This document shows positions 39,401 through 51,400 of a stretch of DNA of 64,000 nt, in pieces (position 1 is the stretch's first letter; each line of letters opens with the position of its first letter). This stretch comes from Rhina ancylostomus (lineage: Eukaryota): the NCBI GenBank assembly GCA_030265395.1, contig JARFYF010000063.1, forward strand, positions 40,282,213-40,346,212, given 5' to 3'. Below the pieces are notes generated by a model, which was given only the letters and a program-made list of their open reading frames with translations, was not told the DNA's origin and ran no database searches. Position numbers and translations under genes: made by a program.

Positions 39401-42400
39401 AAAGGTTAGAAGGTTAACACTTGAGGTATTCTACAAACAAACTGAGCAGATATCAGTTTTATAGCTCAACATGTAATTTACACATCAGCATATTTTTTAA
39501 ACAGCAACTGGAGATGGCCAACTTGTCACACAACTTGAGAAATTGTTAGCGTAAGCAATCCACAAGTTCATCCTCACCCATACCCAAATAAGTATTTCAT
39601 GACAGACTTTTTACATGGTGGCTGAGCTAATATTATCAGTGAAACATTAATCAGGAAGATTTTACAATGAACTTGTGCCAGGTGAAGTTAGTTGGCCTTA
39701 CAGCTTAGGTATAGTTGGATAATTTAACTCATAACCATTGTTCATTTTGTTGGACTATTAAAAACATCTTTTCCCACATTCTTACTGCTTCGGCAAACTT
39801 GGTGGTGAAATACCAAAGTGGCAGCTCATGCATTATTTCTGAGGGACATTCTGAAATTACACTTGTATGCTACAGCCTCCAAGTTTTGTAAATGGAAAAA
39901 CAACTACGAAACATGTGCGGTTACTGATAATAAGCAATCTTCTGAACGTACCTCAAACAAACCTCTATCAACTGGGAAAAGCCTTTGAATCACCTGCAGA
40001 GACTGTTGGAAACTGGTGAGAAAGGGCAGCCAGCAGCAAGCAAATGAAATCAACACAACAAGGGCTATTTTGATCAACCGTGTTAACCTGCAACAGAAGA
40101 GGGGGAGAAATGGTTTTTGGAACAGTTAAAGCTCATTTCTGCCTCTTGGGCATTAATATCTACATTCAAAAAACATAATGCATCTTCTGTCTAGAAATAA
40201 AAGACATGATAAAAGTAGCCCTGGGTTCCAAGAACACAGCATGGGTTCGACAGTACGATAACTGAAATGTTATAGTAGCTGCAGTTTCTCTACGCTTTCC
40301 CACCCCACACTCTTTCCTACCTTGTGCATTCTTTATACAATGATGGCCTATAATGAACACACTGTGGCTACATTAAACAATGATGCATATGTGTTGGCTG
40401 TAATCTTTGGCTATCAGCAATCTTATCTTTCCATATCCCTACAGCACCTACATATAGTATTTAACAAAAATTCAAACAACAAAAAATCTAAAAGACAGTC
40501 GAAGTGTTATTTTATTCATTCACAGATGTGCTTACTAGCAATGCCAACATTTTTACCCCTGCTTAATTTCCTTTGAAATGAGTGGTTTGCTCTGCCATTT
40601 CAGAGGATGGTTATTAGTCAACTGCACAAGTCTAGGTCCCATGTCACACTACACCGGGTGAGGCAAGGGCAGCAAATTTCTATCCTGACATTGGTGAACC
40701 AGATGTGTTTGTATAATCATCTTAAATTATATCATTACTGATTGTAGATTTTTATTCCAGATCTACTTAATTAAATTTAAATTCTACAGCTGCTCATGAA
40801 GCTTGAACTCATGAGCATTAGTTCATATCTCTGGATTACTCACCCAGTAACAAAACTGCTGTGCTATCATTCACCATTCTATTGAATGTATTCACAGAAC
40901 TAAGTTGCTGTGGCCAATTTTTCCACAAATAATTGTCAAAAATTTGTCAATGAATTCAATGGCAACATCTAACCAGAGAGTTGTTTTATTAAAACCATTT
41001 CTGGACTTCAGCACCACCCAAGTTTATACACTGGTGCAGTACCAAGGAATGCCAAGCTGTTGTAGGTGCTGAATCATTAGATAAGGCCCACCTCAGATAC
41101 AGTTCCAATGCCCTGAACAATAGTTATTCCTCAATCAAATAGATAAAAGTTATTTATCTCATTGTTGCTTGCGGAAGCTTGCATGTTATTTCTAAATCGT
41201 AATGTGGCTTGAAACTAGTGACATCTGCTACAACCTATCAGGTGAAAACTGTAACCTTGCTGTTACATTTCCCCATATTACAACATTGTAAATGTCTTGT
41301 GGCTATGAATTGCTTTTGAAGATTATGGGTTGTGAAAGGAATTACGTAGTTACTTTATAATTAATAGCTATATAACCCACTTATTTTCTTTCCATCTCTT
41401 TGGAATACATTGACTCCAGGTGGGTTATAGTTCTGAAAAATATCACCAGATTTCCAATATCTTATACATGCCCATTCTACACATTTATGGCTACAGAACA
41501 AGTGACTAAGTTTTTCAAACTTTGGGTCATACCAGGCAAGTCTAATTCTGTCCTTATATAGTTCACACACACTACTTTTTACAGTTCACCCCCTCACCTC
41601 ATCAATTCATCCATAGTTCAAGTTCAGAAGGCAAATTTCAGCATTTCTATCACTTTTCCATCAGAGAAAGTGGCAAACAAATCTGAGACTGTCCAATCTA
41701 TTCCACAAAGTACATTGGTCACTATTAAAATACTTACTGGCTGGTATCATACAACTCCAGTTAGACACCAGAAAATTGCCCATCATCCACAAAAGGCTGC
41801 GCAGTTTAATAAGTATTTGGAGAGAAGCTAATAATTCTAAAAATAAAACTTGTTTGTATTTAAGCTGTTTACAGAGCCAAGGCAAAATAGAACAATTTGC
41901 AAGTCTTAAGACCTTACTCAATTCATATGACAAAAAACTAAAATTCTATTAATCTTCAGTTACTCACCCACCACTATTCAGGTCTCTCAAACATTTTCCA
42001 AGGAGATAGCAAAAGAAGGGTAGTGCATGGTAGAGTTCCATTTGCTTATAATTAAGAGCCAAGCAAAATGCCAGGGACCCCAACAGGACCCGGCCTTTCA
42101 AAAGGCCCAGCAACCCCCACAGAGCAAGGCCCAAGCTGATACAGTTGTATGTGTTTTCATGTTAAGGACTGCACACAAGCATTGACCCAGATTAAACATG
42201 GAATAAATCAAAGCCTCCTGCTTTGATAAAAAAAGTTTTTCCAGAAGAATATCACTGAACATTTTCAGAATTTATTCTACAAGTTGGACTTAGGTAAAGT
42301 ATCAGGATACAGATTTAATTTAATCCCTTTCAAACTCAGCTTGAATATAAACCAAAAAGATTTTAAAATATTGATTTGGTTACAATCAAGGGGTGGTATG

Positions 42401-45400
42401 TTAGTTCTGCATTATTACTATTCTCTCAGCACCTCTAGAATGTCTTACAATTTTTTTTGTTTCATAGGTCATAGAGCCAGAGTCAAGGAGTACCCCAATG
42501 GGCCCTTCAGCCCACAGCATTCATCCCGCCCATCAAGCAACCTCTATATTACTAGTTTTTCTTCTTGCATTCTAATTAACTGCGCCTCCAGCCCCCCTCC
42601 CCCCCCCCCAATGCTGCTGTCACCCACCTACACTAGGGGTAGGTTACACTGTCAATTAACTTGCCAACCAGCATGTCTCTGGCATGTTGGAAGAAACCAC
42701 AGCACTTGGAAGTCCTTGAGGTCACAGGAACAACACCCAAGATCAAGATCACACCAGGTTTTCTGAAGCCATGAGGCTGATGTTGGACAGACACTTACCT
42801 CCTCCAAATGAAAAACTGCAACCTGTCCTCAACCAACAAATCACACTGGTAGTTGAAACCTCTGATTAAATTTTCTTCCCCCTAGATAACAGATTTCAAT
42901 CAGCATTCAGGAAACTAGTAAGGGCCAGGAACTGACCCTAAGATCAGCCTACCCTCTGTGGCCGAGTACCACAGCGTGTTGAACAGTCACTCACTGAGGC
43001 ACCAGGGGTGGTTCTATGTGTTGAATTATTTTTACAAAAGTAACTGAAGGCCACCATCAGTAAGGATATTGAAAATGCCCATAGTCAATAAGAATAAGTC
43101 CTGGATACAGCAATACACACAGCAAAGACGAGACCTGCAAAGAGTAAAAGTAGAGTTTGTAATTTTTAAAATATTAAGTTAGCATAATCAAGCATGTATT
43201 TGGATTCAGTGGTACAGAAACACAGCTTGTGATCAGTGATTTCAATTCCCCTCCCCCCCTCAATTTTCACTCCATTTCTCCTTAAGATGCCAACACATGC
43301 TGCAAACGCAAATACCTTATACCCTCTACAGTACGTCATCCCAAGAAATGTTTCACATGGTCTTATCAGTTTGAACAACTTCAGAGAAACAATGGCCGAG
43401 TTTAATCTACATTTACCAGTGACCATATGCAAACTTTCCAAAAGGGGCTACTGATACTGATCATGTGAGGAAGCCTGGCTAATTTTTCTCCCTCTTCCTA
43501 AACTCAGATGCAAAGGTCTTCTTGTCTATGTGCTTTATGTTGTTTGTGTTATATTATGGCACCAAATCATAAAGGCACCTCTGGTAATGCCTCAGTGTCC
43601 ATTCTTCCTGAGTTAGGGTTAGATGGCAAGTGGAAGTTAATTGGCCATGGTGGTCATCTTAGTCAAGACTACTCCTGATCAGATTTTCTGACCACAGGAT
43701 ATACTACAATTGAGCAGTCTAATCCTGCAAGATATCAGACATTTTATAGCAATGCTCTTTTGAAATCAATTAGCAATAAAATTGAAGTGGAGTAGGCCAT
43801 TCAACCCCACAAGCCTACCCTGTTATTTATCTGCCTTTTCTCTGGACCCCAACTGCCAATTCAGACAATATTTTGAACTTAGGTTTGTTTGGCTCTATCA
43901 TTTTTGCATGGTGCAGTTTTCAGACAAGTTAAAAGAGAATGCTAGATTAAAAAAAAAAAAATCGACATCTTGTACTCAACGATACAACCGTCAAAGAATG
44001 GGGAAATCCTCAAAGGCTCTGTGGTAGAAAGGGTGAGCAGCTTCAAGTTACTGGATATCAACATCTCAGAGGGCCAGCACATAGATGCAACCATGAAGGC
44101 AACACACCAGCATCTCTATTTCCTTATAAGTTTATGGAGATTCAGCACGTTATTGAAGACAGACAAACCTCTGGTATACAGTGGAAAACATTCTGACTGG
44201 TGACATCAGGGCCTGAAATGGCAACTCCAATGCACGGAAATGCAAGAGGCTACAGAGAGTAGTGGACTCAGCCAGTTCAGCTCTCCCCACCATCGAAGAC
44301 ATCTACAAGAGGCGATGTCTCAGGAAAGTTACATCCATCATCAGCAACCCCCACTGTCTAGGCCATGCCCTCTTCAATGNNNNNNNNNNNNNNNNNNNNN
44401 NNNNNNNNNNNNNNNNNNNNNNNNCAAGATTCAACTATAGCTTCTTCCCCACTGCCACCAGGTTCTTGAACCAAGCCGAAAAACCTGTATACTAACGCGG
44501 ATGACTTTTTTCCTCTTAACTTGCACCAGTGTCATTATGTTTATTGTGTTGTTTATTTCTGCACATGTACAAGTTGTGTTAATTTAAGTTTGTTAACTTG
44601 TTTGTAATGTACTGTGGTACTGCTGCATGAAGCTAATTTTCATGGCATTTATACCCTGTGTATGCCTATGACAATGAACTTGAATGCAACCTACCATCAA
44701 ACAGAAGCTGCCACATGATAGCACGTGGAACACCTTTCACCATGCAAAATGCAAGAAAACAAAGCAAAACTACGGTTCTTTACAAGAACTTTGCACTATG
44801 CTTAATTGAGAACTCAACGCAAGAGTGAAGCAGATATGGTGGAAAGATCCAAGTTCAATTCCTGAAGTGTGTAAACAGATCTCAACAGGATTTGTACCGC
44901 ACGTATTAACACTCATCCCTCCCTTCACTCGAAGGGCAGTGTCATTAAAAAAAGTCAAATCAACCAGGGCACTGCAAATAAAGATTTAAATGTTTGTTGG
45001 CAGAGGAGAAAGTTAACAGCAACACCAAAACAGAATCAGGCTCAACCATTTTGGTCTCCACAGTCAAATACACTGTTGCTTATTTACTGGGAAAAAAAAA
45101 GTGATCCTTGTTTGAGGTAGTCATAAAGGATTAGAGTCTTAGGACAAAGTGGCGAAATAAAATATTCAGAGACAGAAAAAACATTTGTGTTCTGTATTTT
45201 GATAAGACGGTTGCCAGGGATTTATGCCCCATGACACAGCACGCTGCGGTCTTGTGTGATTTTAGACACGCAACGCAGATGCTAATTTAGGAACACTTAC
45301 TCACTGCGCACGACTAAGAACGTGAGGCAGTTAATGCACAATTGCAGCTGTTACCTTTATATGAAGTACTCTGATAATTACAAGGGATGAACAGTAAATA

Positions 45401-48400
45401 AATGTCATTACTGCTCCCTCTCAGCTGTTGATTGCCCTGGTTGTCTCCACCCCTAACATCCAACCCCTCCTTCCCCACCCCCAACCAGCTCTCCTGCATG
45501 TTTCTCAGGAAACGATTTCAAAAATTGTTTACCAGCCAAACAGATCTGGTTTCATGGCATATGTACTTTGCTTGTTATCTTGAAGCACACACCATAGATC
45601 AAGGAAGCCTTCACCTTGACTTTTATCAGTATTTAGAGCATGTTAATGATTTGGTTTTGTTGTTTCAGTATACAAAAATACCAGTAAACCTAATGATGAT
45701 TCTATAATGTGACAGAATTTAAAACCTCAAGGCGGTTTCAAATGACATTATCCTCGAGTCAGACAAGCCAGTGCTGCCTGAGAATGTACTTCACTTGTTC
45801 TGCAGTTACGTTCTAAAGGATTTAGCTGAAACTTTCTACTTGTATCCAAAACCTATCAGTCACCTTCACCAAAATGTCAAACTGCATTAAATCATTTGTT
45901 GATTCAAAACTGCCAGTTAATCAATCCATAAATATTATTTTGTTTCTTGTCCTGTATTCTCCCTTCAATGAACAATGCTTTCCCTTCTTCCTTCAAGACA
46001 ATAACCATTGTTATGATATACTTCCATAGTGTCTTTGGATCAAGTTGGCATTCACTTGAGCCTACATGGTGACAGCAGGCTATTTTTCAGATGGGAAGCT
46101 GCCTCATCACAGTGGAGTGTTAACTTCTCTTCACCCCACACTTGTCCACAAATACAGAAATATACACACGGACGGTTAGAGCATTCTCTCCTGGCAAACA
46201 GGTCATCACCATCAACCTTCAGCCCACCACCCACACAGAATGCTGATTCCTACCACTTTACATCTACAGCCACCCAGTACTATCCCAGCCAACAGCAGAG
46301 ACCAAATACTTGGAACTGAGATTAGCTGCCTCATTTCAATCTGGACATTTGAATCTGGAACAGCCTTGACTCTGCAGTGCACTTAACCCACTGAGCTCCA
46401 TTATCCTATCAATATTTTGAGCTAATGAATTTAATGAACAAGTATCAAAGTAGGCAGCAGAGAGAGAGTCTAACAAGGATTTAAATAAAAGTCTGTGTGA
46501 AACGCTGTACTGCATTCAACTCAGCTCCAGAAAAAAAAAATTACATTTAGTTGTATCTTTTACAAAACAAGATGCTTCAAAATACGAGTGTAGTAAATAC
46601 TAGGCTAATAAGTAACAAAGGAGTTACAAGAGGATACTGAAGACTAAGTTGAATCCTCCTCCCAAGTCCAACTGATTGTCAGAGTAGATGGTATTGTCCA
46701 CAATTTCTCACTGGTTAGACATATTCCTGCAATCTTGAGTTCAAAGATTTTTGCCCATAATCCAATGGAAGTAGAAGTAAACAGTGATAGAGAGCAACAA
46801 GGCACCTTGGACTATGAACAATAGGATAAATAAATTATTTCTTAAAAAAGATTTGAGAATTAAGAAATACGTGGGACAAAGGAAGGTGAATTAAAAGGTG
46901 AATTCAAGTCAACTCAGATATTTAAAAAATAAAGATCACATTAATGAATTTTTAAAAGAAAAAAGCTAAAGAAAACATTAAGTTTTAAATAAAGCCTCCA
47001 TAATTCACAATCTGAAGGAACAAAGGCTTCACAATTTAATTGTTCACTTTCTGGGCAAGCAAAGTTGTCTGGCTGTCATTAACCGTTATTATGTTGTTAA
47101 AGGGGCACTGACACTTAATTACTAGATTAACTTTCTGTGGTGAGTTTAATAGCTAATTAATGTGCAAATGTAGCAATTTGAAATTCACAAGATAAGCAAG
47201 ATGCTGCTTTTGTGAAGCTAACAGCAGCATGGTGGAAATTGTCCAGCAGAGTGTGGCAATTTGCAATTCAAAGGATCTCTCTTATTCACAAGAACATATG
47301 AAACAGAAGCAGGGCATACACAAGCTGGTTCTGCCATTTGATCAGATCATGCATAGCAGAATCCAGGTTCTTCCCAGATCCCCATGTCTTTTGATTCCTA
47401 GTTTCCAAAGATCTGCCAATCACAGTTGTCAGTGTTCTCAACCACTACATCCACAGCCATCTGGGGTTGAGAAATGAGAAGACCCAATCCTGAGGAAAAC
47501 AACTTCTCTTCTCAGACCCAAAAGGCCAACAAAAGTTGCTGGAAAATTTTCATTTTAATAACATGGTGCATCGTTCTCTTATTTTGTTTCTTAGCCCATT
47601 GTTTTCAGAAAGATGGGAACAAAACCAGGAGAGAGCAATGCCACAAAGTGGACCACAGAAATAAAGCAGTGGAGGAGAGAGACCACATATCAAAGTCCAG
47701 AGAGGGCTAACTGAGAATCATTTCCTGCAATTTTAGCTGCACGTGAATGGATGACAAGAAGAATAGTACAGTCATTACACAGTGTGCATTAGAATAGGGC
47801 ATGGTGTAGCAGAATAATGATCCATGAAGCTACCAAATAAATGGGAGTTTGAAATTCACCATCTGCTTCACACAAAGTCCATCTTAGTCATTAACTTGTG
47901 TGAAGTGAAGAATGAAATTACTTGAGAGAAAGAGGTTTACATTGTCGGCAAAAGGTGCCATTAAAAATACCAGGTAATGAGTTGCAGTAAAGAGGTTCAA
48001 GAGTAGTTGGTAGTTCTCCAACAATATAGTCTAACAGAGTCATTCTGACACAAACTTCTTGTTTCTAGCTTTTATTTTGAAATGGCCTTTTATCAGAACT
48101 AGAAAAAAGCTATTCAAGCATTTTCTAGCTTTATTTCTGATTTGCAGCATCTGTAATTTTTTTACTTCACGAAATATCAATGCTATTTGGTTGATTCCTG
48201 GAACAACTTCCAGGGATAATCTTTAACTTTCAAAATTAATTATTGTTTTTTGAAAGTTGATGCTTTAGGTGTATGGCTCAAGACTAAAACTTTCACAGCA
48301 AGCATTTGCTTATGTTTCAATTGCCATAGTAACATTGACTACAATGCCTACCTTCATGGTCCCTGGCCCTTCACAATGCTGAACGTAGTAAAGGATCGCC

Positions 48401-51400
48401 GGGATGTACACAATGAAGTCTGCAACAAGCACTGAACAAAATTGATAGTGTCAGAAATGTAAATGAGAATCTTTCTGAATAGGATAAAAAAACCTCAAAA
48501 TCCAAATGGTGCAACCCCATTCCACCACCTCAACCTTTGATGATATTCTTCAAATGTTGAACCCACATCTTATTTGCTTTAACAGGTTTCCTTAGTAATT
48601 TGCTCAGTATCCCTAACACCATTCAACAGGTGTCAGTCACTGCAAAGTACCTCCTCCAAAGGCCACTGATTTCATCAGGTTTGTTTCCAGACAACCAGAA
48701 GGGATAAAAAACTTTTCACCATTGGAAAGTTTCCTTGAATAAGACCTGGGATCAATGATTAGGAAACTATCAGTCAATAGCACTCCAGTACAGGAAGGTA
48801 TAATCACCTCACTCACAGGTATCAGGCACTTCAGATTTGCTTTTCATCAACACCTTAATGTGTGGGCCACGGAGAAAAATAACATTGGAGGGAACCAGAC
48901 CAACTAGAGGAAACCCATGCAGTTACAGGGAGAATGTGTAAACTCTACACGGACAACACCCAGGGTCAGGATCAAATCAGGCTCTGAAGCTGTGAGGCAA
49001 TAGCACTAATCACTGCACCATTGTGCCACTTTTTTCCCCCTTCATTACTCCATCAACAAAAGCTTTGAAATAAAAAACAGACCCCAGGCTGATGGAAGAA
49101 CATTGCTGGTGAAGCAATCTGCTTCTCCCCATACCCCTACCAAGATTCAGAGTTACCTCTAAAGTTTTAGTTACCTGTTGCTCTCATGAATAGTTTGTGC
49201 CCAAGGCTCTCATACCCACGAGATGTATGAAGAGCAATCCACTCAGGATTAATTGATTCAGCTCTGAGTAAACAAAAAAAAACACGAAAAGTTTCTTTTT
49301 TTAGAAAATATGTAACCTGAGAAAGATATCCAAATATTAATATTTTCTTTGTTTTCCTTTCCTGCCCCAAAAGTATGAGGGCCCTCAATGACTTAATCAA
49401 GTGTACAACCCATAAACAGAAGCCTGAACAGTGAATGGAAGAAGTTGAACTGCCCTCAACTATTGAAGAACAATCAAGTTGCTTGCTCTGAGATTCATAA
49501 ATAAGAATATGCAACATGTATTAAAAAATTCCACATCAGAGATTCATGTGCAAAATTAAAATACTTGGGATTGGGTGAAATATACTGGCATCAATTGAAA
49601 ACTGGTTGACAGAAAAGAAACTGAGCAACAGTAATAAATATTTTATTTGGGGTGATCAGCAATGACAAATGGAGTACTGCAGGGATCAGTGATGGGGTCC
49701 AGCAATTCACGATATGCAGCGCTGATTTGCCAATGACAGGAAACTGGATGGAATTGTGACTTGTTAGATGGGTACTAGAGTGCTTCAAGGCAATTCAGAC
49801 AAGTTGATTGAGTGGGCAAATACACATGGCAGATGCAGTACAAAGTAGCTAACTGCGAAGTTATCCATTTTGGGACGAAAAACAGAAGGGCATCATTATT
49901 TAAGTAGTGATGTTCAAAAGGATCTGGATGTTCTTNNNNNNNNGGCCACCTTATTCAAACATTTAAGTGCAACAAGCAGTTGAGAAAGAAAATTGTAAGT
50001 TAGGCTTCGGAAAGAGGATTAGAATACTGGAGCAAAGATGTCTTACTACAATTGTACAGGATCTTGGAGAGACCATTTAAGTACAGTTTTGCGTTTTGGT
50101 ATCCTTATTTAAGAAAGGATATATTTGCCACAGACTGTGTAACGAAGGTGCACTAGACTAATTCCTGGGGTGGCAGGACAGTCATACAAGAGACTGGAGC
50201 CATTACGTCTGTATTCACTCAAGTTTAGAAGAATGAAAGGGGATTTCACTGTAACATACACATTTCTGTCCAGCTGGACAGAATAGCAAGAAGGATGTTT
50301 CCCTTGGGTTCAGGACCAGGGGTCATAGCTTAAGGAGACAGGCTAGAATATTTAGGACCGTGATGAAGAGAAATTTCTTCAGAGGGTGGTGAATGTGTAA
50401 TTCTCTACAAAAGGCTATGGAGGTTGTTACTGAATACATCTGAGGAGAGATTTCTAGTCACGTCAAGAGGTACAGGGAGAGAACGAGAATATGGTACAGA
50501 GAGAGCATCAGCCATAATCATACTGAATAGCAGAGCAGCTTCAAGGGACCAAGTGGTCTACATCTATTCATATTTTTCTCATGTTCCAAACTCAGTATTA
50601 GGAGCTGCTAGAAAGTGGGCTGAACAATTCCCGAAGCCCACGAACAAGTACTTCACACACATTTAATTTGTAATTTACAGTGGGGTACATTTCCAATGCC
50701 ACTGGAGGCCATTCTTCATCTGCAAATTTGGACAATGCTATCATTATCAAAGCATGTAAAGAATGATCCTAATCTCAACCAAAGTCAATGCTATTGCACT
50801 TCCCCATTGTAGAGGCAGGAAGAGGGCAGTCATTGATCAGGAGCTCAAAACTTTACCAATTTTACATTAAGGAATTCTGATTAACAATATTAGATACCAA
50901 GTTGTCCTACTATTAGCAGATTGAACTTACACATATGCACAAAGCAGACTGTGGTAAGCAGTAAAAGGTGGATAATCAAGTCCCCAGTACTTGAGATTAT
51001 TGCTGCTTGTATTGAAGTACCTGAGAAAAATAAATCAACAGTATGTTCAGAAATTGCTGGTTCTTGGGTCATTTATAAAGCATAATTTATTAAATTACAC
51101 TGTTTGAAACAATGCACTCCCAGAGGATCTGTAGGTAACTGTGCCACATGATATAGGACCCCAATTCTCTCAGATCCGGTAACAGGTTTCAGTTGAGTTA
51201 GTTATTCTCAACAGGGCACCTTTAACAGTGCAGTCATTAAGATCATGTTGTGGTCGAGTAAAGAGAGAAAGTCAGAGATTGCACATGTGATCAATATCCA
51301 ATGACTCCTTCCAGAAAGGCATTAAGAGAGATTATGACCATAATGTTTTCCAATGGTTGAATGGCCTTTCAGCTTTCCCCATCCAGGCTTGTGTACTCGA

